From Candidatus Babeliales bacterium (GTDB lineage: Bacteria; Babelota; Babeliae; Babelales; JBFXEV01): 64,000 bases of DNA. A model generated the notes under the pieces. The model ran no database searches, was not told the origin of the DNA, and saw only the letters and a program-made list of their open reading frames with translations. The stretch covers positions 35,186 through 99,185 of the forward strand of contig JBFXEV010000001.1 of NCBI GenBank assembly GCA_050179755.1, written 5' to 3'. The translations under genes and the position numbers were made by a program. Positions within the stretch are counted from its first letter, which is position 1. Every line of letters begins with the position of its first letter. Positions 29,107-38,114 of the stretch are shown here, piece by piece.

Positions 29107-31938
29107 ATGCTACAAAGACCTCGATTACGAAAATTAGCTTTATGTTTATTGATATTAATTCTATTCGATGAAATAGTTATACAAAAATGTAAACCAATTG
29201 CTCCTGCTGTGGCGTTAGCACCAATAGCCTATGAAACAATCTTACTCAGTGCTGCTGCAGCAACTTCAATTTATAGTGCATACTTGTTAACACAAATTTC
29301 AGACCCTGTCTTGCGCACTCATAGTCAAACATTGCCAACTATAGCTCAAGAACTAAAAGAAATTTTCCCAAGCACACCTTCTCATGTCCCTCACTCGCCA
29401 GATTTTATCGCACAGGCTTTAGAAGAATCTGTTGGTCAGGCTTCCTATAAAAAAGCTTATAAAAGCCAATTCACTAAAATCCAAGAGCAATCTTTAATAA
29501 ACACAATCAATACAAATATAGTCCATCCTGCTATCGCACGTAATAAGCATATTAACTCAATACCTTCACAACAATTAAGTACAACGCCACTTACACCCTC
29601 ATTACCAAGTTCACCAATACAATTTACCTATCAACCAAATGCAATCCATTTTGAAGTCCCACATATCAATACATATGGATCAATAGCGGTAACTGAGGAA
29701 AGACCACTATCCTCAGTTCGTCAACAAATCATTAACAATTGCCATGAACATGCACTAGATGAATTTCTTTTCAATGAACGGTGCAAACATATTCCAGGTT
29801 ATCTGGCTAATTTTACCGAGCAGCTTAACGAGATCATCTTAGTTTTTCATGATTTAGTAAGTGAGGATATCTATAAACGCACACATGCTTGCCTTATTTT
29901 TCCTCATATAAGTATTGAAGGGCCATTTAACTATACGCTGCAAAATGTAATTCATGAGCTCATTCCCTTCTACTTTGACACTGAAGGAAAATTGGAAAGG
30001 CTGTTTCCGCATAACAAAGTAACTCATGATTTTATTATCGCAAAATTTCTTAAAAATGGTATCAATAGATCCACGTACCTACAACTTCTTAAAACCTTCA
30101 ATTTTAAGGAAGTCCTTGAACATGAAGAAAACCTCGGGTCTTATCTTTGGAATGGGGTCAAACATACGGCAACTGGGGCTTGGTTGCCAAGCCTCACTTG
30201 GTATCCTCGCGATATTAAAAAATTAATCAGCCACAACAACTTTAATCATGGGCTTGAACAAATTTTAACGCTCTGTAGTAAAAATAAATTTGTAGAAGCA
30301 CAAAATATTGTTAACTCCGCGGGGCTTGAAGTTCTTGCGTGGCAAGAACTCTACCAACAATGTTATCATGCATTCAAAAGTAAATACTGTGATAGTTATG
30401 GCATATTAATCGAGTATCTAAGCGATCCTCTCTGGGCGAATGCCACTAACGAAGCTAAAGCTGAACTTGCAAGAAACATAATGGATGTCACTACCTTTAA
30501 TAATGCGCTTGCAGTTCGCTCAATTCAAAAAAAGTCTATAGAAAAGTCTTGGGGCATAGCATCAGACGCACCTACGTGTGTGCATAACGCGGTCTATTGT
30601 CTTATAGACCTTCTAGGAACAGGTACCGAATTTATTGATAAAGTTCATGAATTAATCGCACAAGAAGATAAATTTAAACGAGATGCATTAATTGAAGCGC
30701 TTTTTTTACCAAACGGTATCTTAAAAGATTTTAGCCATTTTTCTGCAATTGATACGTATCATTTTCCAAAAGATATTCTTACTCAACCAAAATTGCTAAA
30801 GAAAATAAATACGTTATTTTATCAGCAACATATATTTGCTGGAAGTGAGCAGGGAACTAATGCTGCTATTAAATTAAATACACTTCAAGCGATATATGAT
30901 ACTAGATTCTCAAGTAACATTCCACAAGCAAAAACTAGCGAATACTGGCCATTTGACCAAGAGAATACAAACTTTAAGGAACAAATACTCAAACGAGCCC
31001 TTGCAGTGAGTCACTACCTTGCTGATTATTCTAATACAATGTATAAATCAGTGCGCAATGCTATTCTGGATATTGCACCCTCTTTATTCCTTGCAAATGA
31101 AAATACTGAACCAACGCCACAGAATGAGCCGCCGCCTGGCGAACAAGTTCCTTTTGAGGAAGATGCACCAACGCCTGAAACAAAGCCAGATTCAGAAGAA
31201 GAGGTAATTGCTCCAGAAGTAGTTTTTGAACCAACTAAGCCAAGTAAATCGACCCCTTCAAGCTCTGGAAGTAATTTATTAGATCCAAGCAATGGAACTC
31301 CACCTCTTGAAAATGAACCCTCAATATATTATATTCCACGTGAACTACCTAATGATCCTGAGGATTGGGCCAAAGAGAAGAATGGAATAAAACCTTGGGT
31401 TCCACCTTCAAGTAATTGGAAGTCTGAACAAGCAAAGGCTTATTTGCAATTTCTTGGGCAAGGATTTTTGCGCACGGGCTTGGCAGCAATGGGTATTCCC
31501 TTTGAAGACTTTGAATACGCTTTAGAAATATTTAAAAATATTCCTGGTTTCTTATCCAACAATAGTGCATTCCAACAAATCATACGCTATTGCTATAGAC
31601 AGCCAATTAAAAACTGGCATCAAATTAAAGGTTTTATTTATGAAATTCAGACGGCATTACGGGTTGACACAAATCGAGAGCAAATAATTGAGTTTGGTAG
31701 AAAAGTGCCAAGCGGGGAAATTGATATTATTACAACGACACGTTTTATTGAATGTAAAAATATTAAATGGGAAAATAATATTGACGCAATTAATGATTGT
31801 AAGAATACTATTGGAAAACAAATAAAACATATTCATGAAGAATTAGGCAAAAGGCTTACAGTCTTTTCAAAAGAACCGCTACCACAAGAATTAAAAAATT
31901 GGTTTATTAAAAAAAATATAGAATATTTCGAGGGTTAA
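29107..31938 (+). CDS. Putative polymorphic toxin with C-terminal PD-(D/E)XK (REase-fold) nuclease
   Basis: Hydrophobic N-terminus; carrier domain shared with upstream gene; Pro/Glu linker; C-terminal KGFIYE...EID...IECK. Confidence 0.7.
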   Translation: MLQRPRLRKLALCLLILILFDEIVIQKCKPIAPAVALAPIAYETILLSAAAATSIYSAYLLTQISDPVLRTHSQTLPTIAQELKEIFPSTPSHVPHSPDFIAQALEESVGQASYKKAYKSQFTKIQEQSLINTINTNIVHPAIARNKHINSIPSQQLSTTPLTPSLPSSPIQFTYQPNAIHFEVPHINTYGSIAVTEERPLSSVRQQIINNCHEHALDEFLFNERCKHIPGYLANFTEQLNEIILVFHDLVSEDIYKRTHACLIFPHISIEGPFNYTLQNVIHELIPFYFDTEGKLERLFPHNKVTHDFIIAKFLKNGINRSTYLQLLKTFNFKEVLEHEENLGSYLWNGVKHTATGAWLPSLTWYPRDIKKLISHNNFNHGLEQILTLCSKNKFVEAQNIVNSAGLEVLAWQELYQQCYHAFKSKYCDSYGILIEYLSDPLWANATNEAKAELARNIMDVTTFNNALAVRSIQKKSIEKSWGIASDAPTCVHNAVYCLIDLLGTGTEFIDKVHELIAQEDKFKRDALIEALFLPNGILKDFSHFSAIDTYHFPKDILTQPKLLKKINTLFYQQHIFAGSEQGTNAAIKLNTLQAIYDTRFSSNIPQAKTSEYWPFDQENTNFKEQILKRALAVSHYLADYSNTMYKSVRNAILDIAPSLFLANENTEPTPQNEPPPGEQVPFEEDAPTPETKPDSEEEVIAPEVVFEPTKPSKSTPSSSGSNLLDPSNGTPPLENEPSIYYIPRELPNDPEDWAKEKNGIKPWVPPSSNWKSEQAKAYLQFLGQGFLRTGLAAMGIPFEDFEYALEIFKNIPGFLSNNSAFQQIIRYCYRQPIKNWHQIKGFIYEIQTALRVDTNREQIIEFGRKVPSGEIDIITTTRFIECKNIKWENNIDAINDCKNTIGKQIKHIHEELGKRLTVFSKEPLPQELKNWFIKKNIEYFEG

Positions 31939-32364
31939 ATGGGAATCATGCATAGCGTGAAAATTAAAGTTCATGCCTTCTTTCAAGAAAACTCAATTGA
32001 ATTAATACTACAGCAAGCCGTAGACGCTCGGTATAAACTGTATATTGCAGAAGATTATGAATATTTCAAGCCTGAAAAAAATTCAATAATTTCGCCTCGA
32101 ACTGCTACAAAAACAATTTTCAAAATATATCAGGAAACTAACTATGGTGGCCCGATTATTGCAAAACTTGATGAAACGGAAGTTCTTTTATCTTTTAATT
32201 TCGAAAATCCATACCTTATAGTTAAAATAACACTTTTTTCAAATGACTGGGAAAAGGAATTCCCAAATGGCGAAAGTCAAAAAGATTTTGCCCGTTACAT
32301 TTCCTTTTTGCTCAAAATCACACAGGATTTCCCAATAAGCAATTTGGAAATTAAATACCTTTAA
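31939..32364 (+). CDS. Putative cognate immunity protein (paralog 1)
   Basis: ATG directly abuts toxin stop (TAA-ATG); 141 aa; family motif NGESQKDFARYISFLLKITQDFPI. Confidence 0.65.
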   Translation: MGIMHSVKIKVHAFFQENSIELILQQAVDARYKLYIAEDYEYFKPEKNSIISPRTATKTIFKIYQETNYGGPIIAKLDETEVLLSFNFENPYLIVKITLFSNDWEKEFPNGESQKDFARYISFLLKITQDFPISNLEIKYL

Positions 32365-32387
32365 GCTTAATTATATTTGAGGGCTAA

Positions 32388-32813
32388 ATGGGAATCATGC
32401 ACACAATTAAGATAGTCCTTAAAGATTACCTAAAAGAAGAATCTGTTGAATCAATATTAAAGAGAGCAATTGAAGCTAATTGCGGTATATATATATCAGA
32501 AGATTACATATTTTTTGAAGATGAAAAAAATCATGCTATTTCTGCTGATATAGCCACTAAAAAAATTTTTAAAACAAACCACGAAACGGATGATGTTAAA
32601 GGGATTATTATTAAAATTAACAATACAGAAATTGCTTTATCATTTAATCATGATGATTCAAATCTTGTTGCGTATTTAACTCCATTAGTATCCCGCTCAG
32701 AAAGAGATTTTCTCAATGGCGAATCTCAAAAAGATTTTGCCCGCTATATTTCTTTGTTGCTGACTATCACTCAAGATTTTCCATTAATAGATATAGAAAT
32801 ACTGTACCAATAA
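32388..32813 (+). CDS. Putative immunity protein (paralog 2)
   Basis: Same start MGIMH; NGESQKDFARYISLLLTITQDFPL. Confidence 0.65.
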   Translation: MGIMHTIKIVLKDYLKEESVESILKRAIEANCGIYISEDYIFFEDEKNHAISADIATKKIFKTNHETDDVKGIIIKINNTEIALSFNHDDSNLVAYLTPLVSRSERDFLNGESQKDFARYISLLLTITQDFPLIDIEILYQ

Positions 32814-32867
32814 ATTAATTTATAATGTTTAAAACTTAAAACATAATACTTACTAAATAGAAACACT

Positions 32868-33272
32868 ATGGAAAAAATACCTACTGCTAGAATCATCCTT
32901 AATGATTACTTAGTAAAAGAATCAGTTGAATTAATATTAAAAAGAGCACTAGAAGATCACTGTACATTATATATCTTAGAAGAACAGAATAACCACCTTG
33001 CTTCTGCACAAATAGCAACTCAGTTTATTTTTAAAATGCACAACGAAACTAATCAAGGAGGCACAATCATTGTAAAAGTTGAAAATACCACGATGCTATT
33101 ATCCTTTAAATCTAATTTACCAGATCTGCTAGTCGATATAACACCCCTTTCTAATCATTGGAAAAAAACATTCTTGAATGGCGAATATCAAATTGACCTT
33201 GCACGATATCTTTCGTTGCTATTATTAATTACTCAAGATTTTCCCATTATTAATATAGAAATTTTACACTAA
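32868..33272 (+). CDS. Putative immunity protein (paralog 3)
   Basis: ESVELILKRA; NGEYQIDLARYLSLLLLITQDFPI. Confidence 0.65.
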   Translation: MEKIPTARIILNDYLVKESVELILKRALEDHCTLYILEEQNNHLASAQIATQFIFKMHNETNQGGTIIVKVENTTMLLSFKSNLPDLLVDITPLSNHWKKTFLNGEYQIDLARYLSLLLLITQDFPIINIEILH

Positions 33273-33322
33273 CCCCAACCTTCGGATGATATTAAAATGA
33301 GCAAGCTACTTATGAGGGCTAA

Positions 33323-33735
33323 ATGGGCTTAGATCGCATAATCAAATTAACATTCACAGAACCATTAGAAAAAAATCACATTAGAAGTATTGTTACAAAA
33401 CCATAGACTTAGGTTCTGTATTTTATAATTATCCAGAAGAAGAATTTGCATGTAATCTTCTTTCTACAACGGATATTGTAGAACACTTCTATCAAAAAAA
33501 TAACAACGGGGACTTTGGTGGAGGCCTTTTTGTGTATATTGATTCTAGTTATTTTATGCTCTCCATATATCAACAAAAAAACAAAAAAGCTACATTGAGT
33601 ATATTCCTTGAAGTAGATTATTGGGAACATCCCCAATTTGAGTATGATTGTGACTACGAAAGATATATTAGATTTTTACTTAAAATTATTCAGCAAGTGC
33701 CATTGCACACTATCTCAATTGAATTCGAAATGTAA
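33323..33735 (+). pseudogene. Frameshifted immunity paralog 4
   Basis: MGLDRIIKLTF...IVTK stops at TAG 33404-33406; the -1 frame continues IDLGSVFY...GGGLFVYID...DYERYIRFLLKIIQQVPL to stop 33735. Confidence 0.65.
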
Positions 33736-33739
33736 TAAG

Positions 33740-34216
33740 ATGCATAATATACCATTAATACAAATACAATTAGCATGTAGCTTCAGTGAAGAATATATTA
33801 CACTTATTTTAAAACGTCTTCATAACGTAAATTGCTTCTTTTTTCATCTTTCTGAGAAAGAGAAAAGCCCTGAAATAAGAAATAAAATTTCATTAGAAAC
33901 TGCTGCAGAATATCTCAGTAATCCATTAAACCGGGAGCCCAATATCCTGGGTATTTTAGTAAATATCAAAACTTATTATTTTGTACTTACTATTTATAGC
34001 AATGATTCATTAGCAAGCGCTTTATGCTTAGGCATTTCACCTTTGGAAGCAACTACAGACATTAGTCCTTGGGTTTTATCATTATTAAATATTGTTCAGG
34101 GCGCGCCTATTGAATCTATAAGCACCATCAATAAGGGATCGTCATCTTATTGGGAGTATGGTCGAATTGCTGAATCCAAAAGATTACGCGAAGAAGAAAC
34201 AAACAAATCTTCTTGA
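33740..34216 (+). CDS. Divergent putative immunity protein (paralog 5)
   Basis: MHNIPLIQIQL..EEYITLILKRL resembles MEKIPTARIIL..ESVELILKRA; C-terminal DISPWVLSLLNIVQGAPI resembles DFARYISFLLKITQDFPI. Confidence 0.55.
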   Translation: MHNIPLIQIQLACSFSEEYITLILKRLHNVNCFFFHLSEKEKSPEIRNKISLETAAEYLSNPLNREPNILGILVNIKTYYFVLTIYSNDSLASALCLGISPLEATTDISPWVLSLLNIVQGAPIESISTINKGSSSYWEYGRIAESKRLREEETNKSS

Positions 34217-34247
34217 TAGATGCAATAAGTCACTATACGCTATATGC

Positions 34248-34700
34248 ATGGCTACATCACTCAAAGACTTATTACAAAATATAGTCCCACATCAAACTTC
34301 ATGGAAAACTGAGCTACAACAAAACTGGCACCATATTGTGGGCCATTTGGCCACTCATGTACAATTACTCAAAGTATATGAGAACGCATTACTCCTTGGT
34401 GTAAAAGATTCAAGTTGGTTGCAAGAGATGTACCTGTTGTCCCCGCTTTTAATTGAGACAATTAATAAAAGTCTTGATAAACCCTACATTAATAAGCTAC
34501 ATTTTAAGAATGTAGGGGATGGTGAACAAACACAACAGACACGGGCTCCCCAGCCTAAAGAGAAAAAACCGCTGCCACCACAACTCATAAAAAAACATGT
34601 AACAAAGTTCCAGCAAGAAACGCTCGAACGAGTTGAGGATCCGGAATTACGTGAATCTCTTAAACAACTGTTGCTTACTTGCCGCGAGGAGCCAGAATGA
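34248..34700 (+). CDS. dciA: DciA (DUF721) replicative helicase loader family protein
   Basis: WHHIVGHLATH, LLLGVKDSSWLQEM, C-terminal VEDPELRESL. Confidence 0.75.
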   Translation: MATSLKDLLQNIVPHQTSWKTELQQNWHHIVGHLATHVQLLKVYENALLLGVKDSSWLQEMYLLSPLLIETINKSLDKPYINKLHFKNVGDGEQTQQTRAPQPKEKKPLPPQLIKKHVTKFQQETLERVEDPELRESLKQLLLTCREEPE

Positions 34701-35488
34701 AGCGAGTATATATACTTCTACTTGCAGGGGAATTTGCAGCCTATGCTAACCCAGAAGCACTAACTCCTGCAGACATAAAAAAAGAAGCCGATGAAGTAAA
34801 TCATTATCATTGGTCATTATGGGGCAACTATCAATATAGGCAAGGCAACATTAAACAAGCTGCCAATTGGTATTCTAAAATACTTGGCGATAATCCCACG
34901 CCCTATGCACTGCATGGCTATGTAACAGCACTCTATAAATCTCATAATTATCCTGCCATATTAAACGTATTACCTGCTCTTGATGAACAATTTGCAAATG
35001 ATCGTGACATGCAATTAATTTTTGCGCAAGCACTCCTTTATACCAAAAACTTTAAAGACGCTCACGCCAAATTTTCAAGCATATATGAAAAAAATAAAAC
35101 ACATGCAGAATCTGCATATTTTGCAGCAGAATCGTATTCACGACTTCAAGAATATACCAAAGCAATGGATGTTATTGATACGTATTTAAAACATTCAACC
35201 CAACAGCACACTGACTTTCTATTTTATTTTTTAAAAGCACAAATATTTGCCGTGCAACATTATCTTGAAAAAGCACGTGAATTTGCTCTCAAAACATTGG
35301 AAATGAATCCACGCTTTGAGCAAGCGGCAGTGTTTTTGCAACTTCTTGATAATATAGAGCGTGAAATACTCAAAAGTGGGGCAAAGAATATGACCCAATC
35401 TGCCTTGCGTAAATTTATACCGCAAGTGCAAAAACAATCAAATAATTTTTATCAAACAGAAAAAACGATATACTTTAGTAGATTATAA
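34697..35488 (+). CDS. Tetratricopeptide-repeat protein
   Basis: Helical TPR-like repeats; ATG overlaps dciA stop. Confidence 0.65.
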   Translation: MKRVYILLLAGEFAAYANPEALTPADIKKEADEVNHYHWSLWGNYQYRQGNIKQAANWYSKILGDNPTPYALHGYVTALYKSHNYPAILNVLPALDEQFANDRDMQLIFAQALLYTKNFKDAHAKFSSIYEKNKTHAESAYFAAESYSRLQEYTKAMDVIDTYLKHSTQQHTDFLFYFLKAQIFAVQHYLEKAREFALKTLEMNPRFEQAAVFLQLLDNIEREILKSGAKNMTQSALRKFIPQVQKQSNNFYQTEKTIYFSRL

Positions 35489-35496
35489 CCCCACTC

Positions 35497-35535
35497 TCCC
35501 TGAGTGTTTTTTCGTAGAAAAAATGTATCGAAGGG
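35497..35535 (+). repeat. REP-like palindromic element (CCTGAG...TCGAAGG family) with expanded central hairpin
   Basis: CCCTGAG-TGTTTTTTCGTAGAAAAAATGTA-TCGAAGGG. Confidence 0.6.
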
Positions 35536-35556
35536 TTGTAGTATAAAAGAACTCTT

Positions 35557-36576
35557 ATGATAAACACCTATTGCTTTGTAGCTGCCAAATCTGCAGGCCA
35601 CATTTTACCCGCTCTTGCTCTTGCAAGACAGACCAAACAGGCTAACCCAAACGCTGAAATAATTTTTATTTCTACAAACACTCTGCTTGATCAGAAATTA
35701 TTAAACCGTAATCAAGATATTACGAGGCATATCCCTTTTATGCTCCCTAATATCCCGTATTACAAACCTTGGCGTTTACCAATATTTTTGTGGCAACTAA
35801 TAAAATGCACATATCAAAATTATATGTTACTCAAAAGTATACGCCCTAAATCCATTGTTTCCACCGGTGGCCTTATTGCATTACCAACCTGTCTTGCAGG
35901 TTGGTGGCTCAATATTCCCATTGATTTATATGAGCTTAATGCTGAACCTGGCATGGCAATTAATTGGCTTTCAAAACTTGCAACTCATGTATATTATTGT
36001 TTTGACGAAACGGCACATGCGCTGCCAGCTAAAAAAAGACGCAAAGCACATTACCCGCTCTATATTTCATTAAATACTGCGGCAAAATCATATGCCGATC
36101 TTAATTTTGATAAGAATAAAAAAACTATTTTTCTTTTAGGTGGTTCACAAGGATCCGAAAAACTTAATCAAGCCCTCAAAAATATACTTTCACATAATAA
36201 ACAACTTGCAGGATCCGTAAATATAATACACCAAATTGGTGGGCATGAAACTAACCTTGAAACTTGGCGTTCATGGTATAAAGAACATCATATTCCGGCG
36301 TATCTATTTACCTATGAACCAACATGTGTACCATATTATAAATTAGCTGATGTGGTCATTTGTAGATCCGGTGCAGGAACGCTTTTTGAACTTGAAGCAC
36401 TCCAAAAGCAGTATATCACTATTCCGCTTGAAACCAAATCAACGCAGCACCAAGTGACAAATGCTGTGGCAATGGAACGCAAGTACCCAAAACTTGTAAA
36501 AGTAGTGCGCCAAAAAGATAATACTCACCATGCTGCCCTTGCGAAAGAAATACAGGCAATATTAGAATCACTATAA
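35557..36576 (+). CDS. murG: MurG glycosyltransferase
   Basis: SAGHILPA, STGG, ELNAEPG, GGSQGS, CRSGAGT, HQVTNA. Confidence 0.85.
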   Translation: MINTYCFVAAKSAGHILPALALARQTKQANPNAEIIFISTNTLLDQKLLNRNQDITRHIPFMLPNIPYYKPWRLPIFLWQLIKCTYQNYMLLKSIRPKSIVSTGGLIALPTCLAGWWLNIPIDLYELNAEPGMAINWLSKLATHVYYCFDETAHALPAKKRRKAHYPLYISLNTAAKSYADLNFDKNKKTIFLLGGSQGSEKLNQALKNILSHNKQLAGSVNIIHQIGGHETNLETWRSWYKEHHIPAYLFTYEPTCVPYYKLADVVICRSGAGTLFELEALQKQYITIPLETKSTQHQVTNAVAMERKYPKLVKVVRQKDNTHHAALAKEIQAILESL

Positions 36577-36588
36577 AAAAGAGAAGCT

Positions 36589-38109
36589 ATGAACAATCGA
36601 ATAGCATATGCCAAAGATATGCAAAAACAAGTTAAACACGCAGGCAACATACTTTTACTTGGATGCGGCGCGATCGCTCGAGCATCATTGCCATTACTTT
36701 TTCAACTTATTGATTTTGACCCCAAGAAGCTCACCATAATTGATTTTGCAGACACCAGAAACACGATAACTGACTATTTAAACCAAGGCGTGATTTTTAA
36801 ACAAGAAAAAATAACCCCAGAAAATTATAAAAGTATACTGTCACGAACTCTTACTAAAGGCGATTTGCTTCTAGACTTATCCTGGAACATTGATACGTGT
36901 GATCTACTAACATATTGCCATGAGCATGGAATTCTTTATGTAAATACGAGCATTGAAGAATGGAATCCTTACCAACAATTTGCAACGCTCCATGAATCAA
37001 CGCTCTACTATCGCCATCAAGTCATCCGTAAATTGCTTGGAAATTGGCACAACACTATAAGCCAACCAACCGCTATTCTTGATCACGGCGCAAATCCCGG
37101 CATGATATCTCATTTGGTCAAAAAAGGACTCTGTGACATTGTTACGCAAAAACTTATTCCATCAGAAAAGCTTGTGGATCACGAAAAAGATTCAATGCTG
37201 TCTTACATTAAAAATAATCAGTTTAATCTGTTGGCGCAAAAAATTGGTTTAAAAGTAGTTCATATTTCTGAGCGCGATACACAAATTTCCAATGATCCCA
37301 AAAAACCTGATGAGTTTGTAAACACGTGGTCTGTTGAAGGCTTGATTGAAGAAGGCTTAGCGCCGGCAGAACTTGGTTGGGGAACTCATGAAAAAGCATT
37401 ACCACCGGACGCATTTACGCATCCAAAGGGCAACAGAAATCAAATCTTTTTAAAATCACGCGGCATGAATACCCTAATGAAAAGTTGGATCAAAAGTGGT
37501 CCTATTATTGGCATGCTGATCAGACATGGTGAATCATACAGTATTAGTGATCGACTGGCCGTTTTTCCTGACGAACAACAGACAAGTTATATACATCATC
37601 CTTTACGGCATCATGACCGCAAACTGCAAGCACTCTATCGCCCTACCGTGCATTATGTGTATTGCCCCAGCGATAGCGCACTCGCATCTTTACACGAATT
37701 TAGAATGCATAATTATGAACGGCAAAAAAAACAACGAATTTTATATAATGACATTATATCAGGCACTGATGAATTAGGTTGTCTCTTAATGGGTGATTTT
37801 GGTGTGTGGTGGGTAGGTAGCTTATTGAGTATTGAAGAAGCGCGTGCCATTATTGACCCTAAAAAAAATAAAATTAATGCAACTTCGTTGCAAGTTGCGT
37901 CAAGTTTTGTAGCTTCTGCAATTTATGCGTTGCGCCATCCCAATGTAGGTATTTGTATGGCTGATGATATTGACCATCGAGAAATCTTGGAACTTGCAAG
38001 TCCTTTTTGGGGAGAGATTTGGAGTGGGGAGATTAAACTATCGCCCGATGAAGCACAGAAGATCCGTGAATATCAATTTGAAGACTTCCACGTAACTGAA
38101 CAACAATGA
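36589..38109 (+). CDS. hss: Homospermidine synthase
   Basis: LLGCGAI, HGANPG, HISERDTQ, EFVNTWSVEG, ELGWGTHE, RPTVHYVY, NATSLQV. Confidence 0.92.
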   Translation: MNNRIAYAKDMQKQVKHAGNILLLGCGAIARASLPLLFQLIDFDPKKLTIIDFADTRNTITDYLNQGVIFKQEKITPENYKSILSRTLTKGDLLLDLSWNIDTCDLLTYCHEHGILYVNTSIEEWNPYQQFATLHESTLYYRHQVIRKLLGNWHNTISQPTAILDHGANPGMISHLVKKGLCDIVTQKLIPSEKLVDHEKDSMLSYIKNNQFNLLAQKIGLKVVHISERDTQISNDPKKPDEFVNTWSVEGLIEEGLAPAELGWGTHEKALPPDAFTHPKGNRNQIFLKSRGMNTLMKSWIKSGPIIGMLIRHGESYSISDRLAVFPDEQQTSYIHHPLRHHDRKLQALYRPTVHYVYCPSDSALASLHEFRMHNYERQKKQRILYNDIISGTDELGCLLMGDFGVWWVGSLLSIEEARAIIDPKKNKINATSLQVASSFVASAIYALRHPNVGICMADDIDHREILELASPFWGEIWSGEIKLSPDEAQKIREYQFEDFHVTEQQ

Positions 38110-38114
38110 AAATA

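Noticed and set aside
29107-31938. Restriction-modification system reading of the PD-(D/E)XK gene
   Set aside because: No methyltransferase nearby; the export leader, linker and small-gene array fit toxin-immunity organisation better
33532-33735. 67-aa stand-alone ORF
   Set aside because: It is the 3' part of the frameshifted gene starting at 33323
33638-33739. 5' extension of the 192-aa ORF
   Set aside because: Overlaps frameshifted paralog 4; similarity to the family begins at ATG 33740
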